Below the pieces are notes generated by a model. It searched no databases, was not told where the DNA came from, and worked only from the letters and a program-made list of their open reading frames with translations. DNA of 64,000 nucleotides from Acutalibacteraceae bacterium (GTDB taxonomy: Bacteria > Bacillota > Clostridia > Oscillospirales > Acutalibacteraceae): contig JBGVGM010000044.1 in the NCBI GenBank assembly GCA_045121655.1, forward strand, positions 2,825-66,824, in the 5' to 3' direction. Below are positions 57,455 to 64,000 of the stretch, piece after piece (positions within the stretch are counted from its first letter, which is position 1; each line of letters starts with the position of its first letter). Position numbers and translations under genes: made by a program.

Positions 57455-57493
57455 CCAAAACTCCGACAGATAGCGGATGTATCTGTCGGAGTT
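57455..57493 (-). terminator. Terminator of the second decarboxylase beta-subunit gene
   Basis: Perfect 13-bp stem: AACTCCGACAGAT (57459-57471) with ATCTGTCGGAGTT (57481-57493). On the minus strand TTTTGG follows. Confidence 0.8.
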
Positions 57494-57500
57494 CAAAATT

Positions 57501-58691
57501 TTATTTACCGAACATCGCAAGAAGAAAGCCGGCAGCAACTGCTGAACCGATTACACCTGCAACATTGGGACCCATTGCGTGCATCAGAAGGAAGTTCTTG
57601 GGATTGTACTTCCTACCTTCTGCCTGTGAAACTCTTGCTGCCATGGGAACAGCTGAAACGCCTGCTGAACCGATGAGAGGATTAACCTTACCGCCCGTTA
57701 CAAGGTAAAGAAGCTTACCGAGCAGAAGTCCACCCACAGTTGAGAAACAGAACGCAAGAAGTCCGAGAACAACAATCATAAGTGTCTGAGGTGCAAGGAA
57801 GGTCTTTCCGTTTGCTGTTGCACCAACTGTAAGGCCAAGCATAATTGTAACAATGTTCATCAGCGCATTCTGAGCCGTGTCACTGAGTCTGTCAACAACA
57901 CCGCATTCCTTGAAGAGATTACCCAGCATAAGCATACCGAGAAGCGGTGCTACTGAGGGAAGAATAAAGGCACAGATTATGAGAACAACAACAGGGAAGA
58001 TTATTTTTTCTGTCTTGCTTACTTTTCTCAGCTGCTTCATTTCAACCTTGCGTTCCTTCTCTGTTGTGAGAAGCTTCATTATAGGGGGCTGAATGAAGGG
58101 AATAAGAGCCATATATGAGTAAGCGGCAACTGCGATAGGTCCGAGAAGGTGAGCAGCAAGCTTTCCTGCGAGGAAAATCGCTGTAGGACCGTCTGCGCCA
58201 CCGATAATTGCAATTGAAGCCGCTTCCTCGGGTGTAAAGCCCATAAGAATAGCAATTACAAATGCAACATAAATGCCAAGCTGAGCTGCTGCGCCGAGAA
58301 GAAGTGAAACCGGGTTTGAAAGAAGAGGTCCGAAGTCAGTCATACAACCGATGCCGAGGAAAATAAGGCAAGGGAAAATACTGCTCTTAACACCTGCATA
58401 AATCAGTCTCAGAACGCCCGAATCGTACCAGTGTGCACCTTCAATAATATTTGATGTATCCATAATTCCCGTGGGGTCATCCATAAGTCCTGCACCGGGA
58501 AGATTCGCAAGGAGTATACCGAATGCGATAGGTACAAGAAGAAGCGGTTCACATTTCTTTGCAATTGCAAAGTAGAGAAGAATACATGATACAAGTATCA
58601 TTACAAGGTTTTGCCAAAGGAATGATCCGTCTGCAAAAAGAGCAAAAAAGCCTGATGCTTCCCAAAGGCCCATAAGAACATCCTTAATCAT
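57501..58691 (-). CDS. Na+-translocating decarboxylase beta subunit (OadB/GcdB/MmdB family), copy 2
   Basis: ORF track, 396 aa. Shares [19 protein letters not shown] and [27 protein letters not shown] with copy 1. Confidence 0.85.
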   Translation of the reverse strand: MIKDVLMGLWEASGFFALFADGSFLWQNLVMILVSCILLYFAIAKKCEPLLLVPIAFGILLANLPGAGLMDDPTGIMDTSNIIEGAHWYDSGVLRLIYAGVKSSIFPCLIFLGIGCMTDFGPLLSNPVSLLLGAAAQLGIYVAFVIAILMGFTPEEAASIAIIGGADGPTAIFLAGKLAAHLLGPIAVAAYSYMALIPFIQPPIMKLLTTEKERKVEMKQLRKVSKTEKIIFPVVVLIICAFILPSVAPLLGMLMLGNLFKECGVVDRLSDTAQNALMNIVTIMLGLTVGATANGKTFLAPQTLMIVVLGLLAFCFSTVGGLLLGKLLYLVTGGKVNPLIGSAGVSAVPMAARVSQAEGRKYNPKNFLLMHAMGPNVAGVIGSAVAAGFLLAMFGK

Positions 58692-59050
58692 TTTTCTTCA
58701 TCTCCTTTCCCGCTTTCTCCTGTATATCTGATTGACCTGAACTGTAATCTGTTCAAGGGGATACCTGTTTTTTCGCTGACAATAGCCATTATTACCGCTG
58801 CGGTTTTTTCGTCAGTATTAATAAGCTCCACACTGCTTTGCGTCGGAGCTGTGCTCACAGCTGCCGGCATCTGAACCTCTTCCGGATTTTTTGATGCCTT
58901 TTTTTCAAAGGCTCTGATCACCTTTGAAACCACAATGATAAGACAAGCAATTACAGCAAGAATCATCATTACTGTTGCAATACCGATAAGCGAAACAGCA
59001 AGCGCCTCGCCTATTGGCATTTTCATGGAGTATTCACTTGTAAAAAGCAT
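58688..59050 (-). CDS. OadG-like decarboxylase gamma subunit, copy 2
   Basis: ORF track, 120 aa. N-terminal TM, then a C-terminal [25 protein letters not shown] that is nearly identical in pattern to copy 1. GGAGG RBS. 4-nt overlap with the beta gene. Confidence 0.75.
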   Translation of the reverse strand: MLFTSEYSMKMPIGEALAVSLIGIATVMMILAVIACLIIVVSKVIRAFEKKASKNPEEVQMPAAVSTAPTQSSVELINTDEKTAAVIMAIVSEKTGIPLNRLQFRSIRYTGESGKGDEEK

Positions 59051-59120
59051 AGCTTTCCCTCCTCAAAATTGGTTTTGATACTCTGTTGAATTATGATATA
59101 AAACTATACTGCCAAACATG

Positions 59121-59149
59121 GCAAAGGGGATTGCTCAAAACAATCCCCT
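59121..59149 (-). terminator. Weak hairpin/terminator between the two decarboxylase modules
   Basis: AGGGGATTG (59125-59133) pairs with CAATCCCCT (59141-59149). Only a 3-nt T-run on the minus strand. Confidence 0.4.
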
Positions 59150-59154
59150 CAATA

Positions 59155-59301
59155 TTATTCTTCTGATTCCTTATCGGGTATGTTGTTAAGTGCGTTGACA
59201 AAAACTACAATAATTGCAGTAACAATGAAAATTCCGAGCATACCCTTTCCCATATAAGGAAGTGAGGCAAGAAAGGCTGCAAAATCAATTGTAAAATTCA
59301 T
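59155..59301 (-). CDS. 48-aa membrane peptide resembling the N-terminal TM segment of OadG
   Basis: Hand translation: MNFTIDFAAFLASLPYMGKGMLGIFIVTAIIVVFVNALNNIPDKESEE*. GGGAGG 9 nt upstream, overlapping the end of oadB. Not in the ORF track. Confidence 0.6.
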   Translation of the reverse strand: MNFTIDFAAFLASLPYMGKGMLGIFIVTAIIVVFVNALNNIPDKESEE

Positions 59302-59316
59302 ATTATTTTACCTCCC

Positions 59317-60423
59317 TTATTTACTGAAGAATGTAAGGATAAGACCGCCTGCAATAACAGAAGCAATCTGACCTGAAACGTTAACACCGATTGAGTGCAT
59401 AAGAAGGAAGTTCTGATTATCTTCCTCAAGACCCATTTTATGAACAACACGGGCTGCCATGGGGAAAGCAGAAATACCTGCGGCGCCTATCATGGGGTTG
59501 ATCTTCTTCTTTGAGAAGAGGTTCATAAACTTTGCGAGCATAACACCTGCAAAGGTATCGAAGATGAATGCGAAAAGTCCGAGACCGATAATGAGAAGGG
59601 TATCAACCTTGAGGAAGTCCTCTGCACGCATCTGAGAAGCTATGGTAAGGCCGAGGAAGATTGTGATAAGGTTTGCAAGAACCTTCTGTGCTGTTTCTGA
59701 AAGAGAGTTAAGTACACCGCATTCACGGATAAGGTTACCGAACATAAGGAAGCCGATAAGCGCAACTGCGTCGGGAGCTACAAGACCTACAATAACTGTA
59801 ACAACGATGGGGAAGAGAATCTTTGTAAGCTTTGAAGGCTGCTTGCCCTGAGTGTTATCCATACGGATGAGACGTTCCTTCTTTGTTGTGCAAAGCTTGA
59901 TGATAGGCGGCTGAATAAGGGGAACGAGAGCCATATAGGAATAAGCCGCAACCATAATTGCACCGATATACTTTGAGCCGAGCTCCATTGAAACCGCAAT
60001 AGCTGTGGGACCGTCTGCCGCACCTATAATACCGATTGAAGCAGCGTCCATAATATCGAAGCCTAAAAGTGATGCAAGACAGAGGGTGAAGAAAATACCG
60101 AACTGTGCTGCCGCACCGAAGAGCATAAGCTTCGGATTCGTAAGTAACGGCGTAAAGTCAATCATAGCACCGATACCGATGAAAAGAATAAGGGGCATAA
60201 GCTCGCCGAATTCATTCGAGATACCGAACTTGAAAATAACGTCAATAACGTGCTGAGCGCCTGAATTGGGAAGGTTTATAAGGATTGCACCGAAGCCCAT
60301 GGGGAGAAGAAGAGAGGGCTCCATTTCCTTTTTGATTGCAAGGTAAATAAGTATTGCGCCGATAATCCACATCGCAACCTGCTTGAATTCAAGAGTCGCA
60401 AAATTCGCAAACAAGTCTGCCAT
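59317..60423 (-). CDS. oadB: Na+-translocating decarboxylase beta subunit, copy 1
   Basis: ORF track, 368 aa. Motifs [46 protein letters not shown]. Confidence 0.88.
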   Translation of the reverse strand: MADLFANFATLEFKQVAMWIIGAILIYLAIKKEMEPSLLLPMGFGAILINLPNSGAQHVIDVIFKFGISNEFGELMPLILFIGIGAMIDFTPLLTNPKLMLFGAAAQFGIFFTLCLASLLGFDIMDAASIGIIGAADGPTAIAVSMELGSKYIGAIMVAAYSYMALVPLIQPPIIKLCTTKKERLIRMDNTQGKQPSKLTKILFPIVVTVIVGLVAPDAVALIGFLMFGNLIRECGVLNSLSETAQKVLANLITIFLGLTIASQMRAEDFLKVDTLLIIGLGLFAFIFDTFAGVMLAKFMNLFSKKKINPMIGAAGISAFPMAARVVHKMGLEEDNQNFLLMHSIGVNVSGQIASVIAGGLILTFFSK

Positions 60424-60440
60424 TTGTTACACCTCCGAAA

Positions 60441-60815
60441 TCAGATAACAATAAGAATATCATCGGTGTTTACGGTTGAGCCCTTTGTAACGAGAATCTG
60501 CTTAACTGTACCGTCGCAGGGAGCGGAAATATCGTTTTCCATTTTCATAGCTTCGAGAATCATAAGCACATCGCCTGCCTTAACAGCCTGGCCTACAGTT
60601 ACATTTACGTTAAGAATTGAGCCGGGCATAGGTGAAGGGATTGTTGTGCCCTCTGCTGAAACTGCCTGAGCTGCTGCAGGTGCTGCCGCAGGAGCCGCTG
60701 CAGGAGCAGCTACGGGAGCGGGTGCTGCACCGGCTGAAACGCCTACAACTACTGCTTCTGTTTCGTTTACTTCTACCTCATAGTTTTTTCCGTTTAAATT
60801 AACTATATATTTCAT
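60441..60815 (-). CDS. Biotin carboxyl carrier protein (stand-alone biotinyl domain with Ala/Pro linker)
   Basis: ORF track, 124 aa. Biotinylation motif LEAMKMEN. Linker AAPAPVAAPAAAPAAAPAAA. Confidence 0.9.
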   Translation of the reverse strand: MKYIVNLNGKNYEVEVNETEAVVVGVSAGAAPAPVAAPAAAPAAAPAAAQAVSAEGTTIPSPMPGSILNVNVTVGQAVKAGDVLMILEAMKMENDISAPCDGTVKQILVTKGSTVNTDDILIVI

Positions 60816-60817
60816 TA

Positions 60818-61189
60818 TTACTTGTCCTCCTTAAGGGTGATTGAATCGAACTTGAGTCTGTTAAGGGGTATGCCTGTTTTGTGTGAAACGATTGCCATAA
60901 TAACTGCGGCATCCTGTTCCTCTATTCCGTTCAGAACCGGTCCTGTATATACTGCCTGTGCGGGAGAATTTGCGCCGGGATGTGCCGGTGTTTTTATTGT
61001 TGCAACAGCTTCAGCAGGGAGAGATTTTCTGCGTATCGCCTTTGCTATATAAACATAAGCGATAAAAATAACACCGAAAACAGAAACGCATATTGCAGGA
61101 AGGGGAAGATTACCTGATATAAAAACTGCTGTGGGGCCGTCAGCGCCGCCGATTACAGCAACTTCCAGCAAATTAAGAATGTAATTCAC
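60818..61189 (-). CDS. oadG: OadG-like decarboxylase gamma subunit, copy 1
   Basis: ORF track, 123 aa. TM helices, then [24 protein letters not shown]. Confidence 0.75.
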   Translation of the reverse strand: MNYILNLLEVAVIGGADGPTAVFISGNLPLPAICVSVFGVIFIAYVYIAKAIRRKSLPAEAVATIKTPAHPGANSPAQAVYTGPVLNGIEEQDAAVIMAIVSHKTGIPLNRLKFDSITLKEDK

Positions 61190-61201
61190 AACTTCCCCTC
61201 C

Positions 61202-62578
61202 TTACACTTCTCTGATTGTGTACTTATATGTGTTCTTTGCTTTTTCCTCTCTCTTTTTCAAGAAGGGTTCTGCCTGAGCCGGGAAGAGAGCGTAGGAAAG
61301 AACATCCTCGTCGCTCTTTGCAAGTTCGCCGATTTCAGCCTTTGCCTTTTCGAAACCGGGCTCAAGAGTATCTGCAAAACGGGTTGTTACGGGTTCTTTA
61401 CCCTGAAGAACCTTTTCAGAGAGATCTTTGTCAATTTCACCGGGAGCCTTACCGTAGTCACCATGGATATAGTTAAGAATTTCCTTTGAGATGTTCTTGT
61501 ATCTTTCACCGTTAAGAACGTTTGATGTAGCCTGAACGCCTACCATCTGGCTGAGAGGTGTTACAAGAGGAGGATAACCCATATCCTTACGTACTCTGGG
61601 TACTTCAAGAAGCACCTCTTCAAGTTTTTCAAGCTTGCCTGCAGCTGTAAGCTGAGCTACAAGGTTTGAAAGCATACCGCCGGGCACCTGATAGGAAAGT
61701 GCGTCTGTGTCTGTTGCAAGAACAACAGGGTTGAGAAGCTTACTGTCGAGAGCCTTTGCTCTTACAGGCTTGAAGAAATCGTTGATTTTCTTAAGGCACT
61801 TTCTGTCAAGACCACAGTCATAGCCCATCTGGCTGAGTGTGTATTCAAGTGTTTCCGTAGGAGGCTGTGATGTGCCGCCTGAGAAGCATGAAATTGCTGT
61901 GTCGATTACGTCTGCACCTGCTTCAACTGCTTTGAGAAGAGTAGTTGTGCCGAGACCTGTTGTTGAGTGTGTGTGAACAACAACGGGAAGGTTAACTTCA
62001 GCCTTGATTGCCTTTACAAGGTCGTAAGCCTCCTTCGGTGACATAATGCCTGCCATATCCTTGATACAGATTGAAAGAACGCCCATCTTTTCCATTTCCT
62101 TAGCCAGAGCAACATAGCTTTCAAGGTTATGGATAGGACTTAAGGTATAGCAGATTGTACCCGAAGGATGAGCACCGCACTTAAGAGTTTCATCAACTGC
62201 AACCTCAATATTACGAAGGTCGTTGAGTGCGTCGAAAATACGGATAATATCAATGCCGTTTTCAACGCTCTTTCTGATAAAGGCTCTTACGATGTCATCG
62301 GGATAGTGCTTGTAGCCGAGAAGATTCTGACCTCTGAGAAGCATCTGAAGCTTTGTGTTGGGACAAGCCTTTCTGATTTTGCGAAGTCTCTCCCAAGGAT
62401 CTTCATTAAGGTAACGAAGGCATGAGTCAAAGGTTGCGCCGCCCCAGCATTCAAGTGAATAATAGCCTGCCTTATCAAGCTCACTGAGAATGGGCTCAAA
62501 ATCTTCAAAAGGCATTCTTGTTGCAATAAGAGATTGGTTGGCATCACGCAGAACTGTTTCCGTAAACTGTACTTTCAA
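61202..62578 (-). CDS. oadA: Oxaloacetate decarboxylase alpha subunit, carboxyltransferase domain only (HMGL-like/PYC_OADA)
   Basis: ORF track, 458 aa with a TTG start. ...TETVLRDANQSLIATRM.., ECWGGATFD, VHTHSTTGLG. There is no C-terminal biotinyl domain. Confidence 0.88.
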   Translation of the reverse strand: MKVQFTETVLRDANQSLIATRMPFEDFEPILSELDKAGYYSLECWGGATFDSCLRYLNEDPWERLRKIRKACPNTKLQMLLRGQNLLGYKHYPDDIVRAFIRKSVENGIDIIRIFDALNDLRNIEVAVDETLKCGAHPSGTICYTLSPIHNLESYVALAKEMEKMGVLSICIKDMAGIMSPKEAYDLVKAIKAEVNLPVVVHTHSTTGLGTTTLLKAVEAGADVIDTAISCFSGGTSQPPTETLEYTLSQMGYDCGLDRKCLKKINDFFKPVRAKALDSKLLNPVVLATDTDALSYQVPGGMLSNLVAQLTAAGKLEKLEEVLLEVPRVRKDMGYPPLVTPLSQMVGVQATSNVLNGERYKNISKEILNYIHGDYGKAPGEIDKDLSEKVLQGKEPVTTRFADTLEPGFEKAKAEIGELAKSDEDVLSYALFPAQAEPFLKKREEKAKNTYKYTIREV

Positions 62579-62641
62579 ATTATCACCCCATGTTTTTTCT
62601 TTATTTTTATTGAAATATTTACCAAATTTCCGCTATTTTAT

Positions 62642-62670
62642 ATTATACCCACAAAAACTGCAATTTTCAA
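62642..62670 (-). promoter_or_regulatory. Promoter of the decarboxylase operon
   Basis: On the minus strand: TTGAAA (62670-62665), 17 nt, TATAAT (62647-62642). Confidence 0.6.
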
Positions 62671-62752
62671 CCTTTTTCAGCTAATTTTCATTATTCATTT
62701 AAAAATACACTTCGCAACCCTTTGTTTTAATCAAAAATACAGCAACTAAAAG

Positions 62753-62781
62753 TTGAAATAATTCATACTCTGTTGTATAAT
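62753..62781 (+). promoter_or_regulatory. mnmE promoter
   Basis: TTGAAA (62753-62758), 17 nt, TATAAT (62776-62781). Confidence 0.6.
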
Positions 62782-62818
62782 CAAAAAAGTTAAACTTAAA
62801 AATCAAGGAGAATATCAG

Positions 62819-64000
62819 ATGTCCGACACAATTGCTGCCGTTGCAACGCCCCTTTCTGCAGGCGGTATCGGCGTTATCAGAATATCAGGTGAAAGTGCAA
62901 TTGAAATTGCAGACAAAGTAGTCAGAACCACCTCAGGCAAAAGTCTGGCCTCGCTTAAAGGCTATACTGCCGCCCACGGAAAGGTATATCTGGAAAATGA
63001 AGCCATTGACGAATGTGTGGCTCTTGTTTTCCGTGCGCCTAAAAGCTACACCGGTGAAAACACCGTTGAAATTTCTTGTCACGGCGGTGTTCTTGTAACA
63101 AAGCAGGTGCTTCGTGCAGTGCTTCAAAGCGGTGCAAGACCGGCTGAGGCAGGCGAGTTTACAAAGCGTGCCTTTCTCAACGGTAAGCTTGATCTAAGTG
63201 AAGCCGAGGCTGTTATGTCTCTTATCTCGGCTCAGGGGCAGCAGGGTATGAAAGCAGCCTTCAGCACCCTTGACGGCGCTCTCAGCAGAAAAATAGATTC
63301 ACTTTGCAGTATTCTTCTTTCCGCCTCGGCCAATATGGCTGCATGGGTGGACTATCCTGACGATGAGATTCCCGAGCTCAGCAATGATTCGCTTAAAAAT
63401 AGTATTGTCACGGTTAAAAACGGACTTACTTCTCTGCTTTCAAAGTTTGATGCAGGCAAGGCAATCACCGACGGTGTTGAAACTGCAATCGTTGGCAAGC
63501 CCAATGTGGGCAAGTCGGCTCTTATGAATATGCTTTCAGGCTTCAGCCGTTCAATTGTAACGGATATTGCAGGCACAACGAGAGACATTGTTGAGGAAAC
63601 TGTCCGTGTTGGAAATGTAGTGCTTCGGCTCGCCGACACTGCAGGTATACGTGAAAGCGACGACCTTGTTGAAAGCATCGGCGTTAATATGGCAAAGACG
63701 AGAATTGAGCGTGCAACTCTTATCCTTGCAGTTTTTGACGGCTCAGCGAGTCTCGACCAAAGCGACAAGGAAATACTTGACCTGTGCAAAAACAGAGATG
63801 TAATAGGCATAGTAAACAAAAGCGATCTTCCCTCAAAGGCTGATATTGACTATCTTAAAGCAACTCTTTCTAAGGTAGTTTTCATCAGTGCAAAGGAAGG
63901 CGAAGGCGAAGAGGAATTGACAAAAGCCATTGAGGAAGCTCTCGGCACAGATAAAATTGACACCTCACAGGCGATGATTACAACAGAAAGACAAAGAGTA
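62819..64000 (+). CDS. mnmE: tRNA modification GTPase MnmE (TrmE), first 394 codons; runs off the right edge
   Basis: Hand translation: MSDTIAAVATPLSAGGIGVIRISGE..., G1 GKPNVGKSALMN, DTAGIRE. AAGGAG RBS. Open to position 64000. Not in the ORF track because there is no stop in the window. Confidence 0.93.
   Translation, partial: MSDTIAAVATPLSAGGIGVIRISGESAIEIADKVVRTTSGKSLASLKGYTAAHGKVYLENEAIDECVALVFRAPKSYTGENTVEISCHGGVLVTKQVLRAVLQSGARPAEAGEFTKRAFLNGKLDLSEAEAVMSLISAQGQQGMKAAFSTLDGALSRKIDSLCSILLSASANMAAWVDYPDDEIPELSNDSLKNSIVTVKNGLTSLLSKFDAGKAITDGVETAIVGKPNVGKSALMNMLSGFSRSIVTDIAGTTRDIVEETVRVGNVVLRLADTAGIRESDDLVESIGVNMAKTRIERATLILAVFDGSASLDQSDKEILDLCKNRDVIGIVNKSDLPSKADIDYLKATLSKVVFISAKEGEGEEELTKAIEEALGTDKIDTSQAMITTERQRV

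Noticed and set aside
60655-60735. Repetitive GCTGC/GCAGG DNA inside the BCCP gene, considered as a possible repeat element.
   Set aside because: It simply encodes the Ala/Pro-rich flexible linker (AAPAPVAAPAAAPAAAPAAA) typical of biotinyl carrier proteins.
62579-62818. Possible oriC: an AT-rich divergent intergenic region next to mnmE, which is often origin-proximal.
   Set aside because: I found no dnaA or dnaN and no good DnaA boxes. The closest is TTATACCCACA, which is not TTATCCACA. The region is explained by two back-to-back consensus promoters.

Overview
This window looks like a chromosomal core region from a low-GC Firmicutes/Clostridia-type genome. Gene order hints at an Oscillospiraceae/Ruminococcus-like organism, but that is inference only.

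**Main block.** The centre, about 29.2-47.7 kb on the minus strand, holds the ribosomal-protein superoperon. It runs S10, spc, adk-map-KOW-infA-rpmJ, then alpha/rpoA-rplQ. rplM-rpsI follows, separated by a divergently inserted ECF sigma/anti-sigma pair. I translated rpmJ and rpmD by hand because they are missing from the ORF track.

**Left part (0-29 kb):**
- GT8 glycosyltransferase with a TVP38 membrane protein
- a DUF218 / SecB-like / DUF1292 trio
- glmS
- a DivIVA-domain gene with a hyperacidic membrane protein
- a DAG-kinase-family lipid kinase
- a secreted repeat protein
- a tight cluster of two ABC half-transporters, an M16 peptidase, proB, proA and a membrane protein
- a GH127 enzyme
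- a lysine riboswitch controlling an NhaC-family transporter
- ackA
- two tandem acyltransferase-3 paralogues and a methyltransferase

**Right part (47.7-64 kb):**
- an AT-rich BspA-type LRR surface protein with an XRE regulator
- aroK
- glgB-glgC-glgD-glgA
- a Na+-translocating oxaloacetate-decarboxylase locus with duplicated membrane modules
- the 5' part of mnmE

I found no rRNA, tRNA, CRISPR array, transposase or integrase.

**Most unusual observations:**
- a 137-nt perfectly base-paired four-way-junction palindrome, with an orphan extended -10 promoter pointing into it (57.2-57.5 kb)
- Cys/His modules, including a C-terminal CxCxCH amphipathic tail, shared by two otherwise different secreted proteins
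- a stand-alone 36-codon gene with its own consensus promoter and terminator
- a leader of about 355 nt, containing a terminator, in front of rpsJ
- a second OadB/OadG pair plus a 48-aa OadG-like peptide

Several ORF-track starts were moved to RBS-supported start codons.
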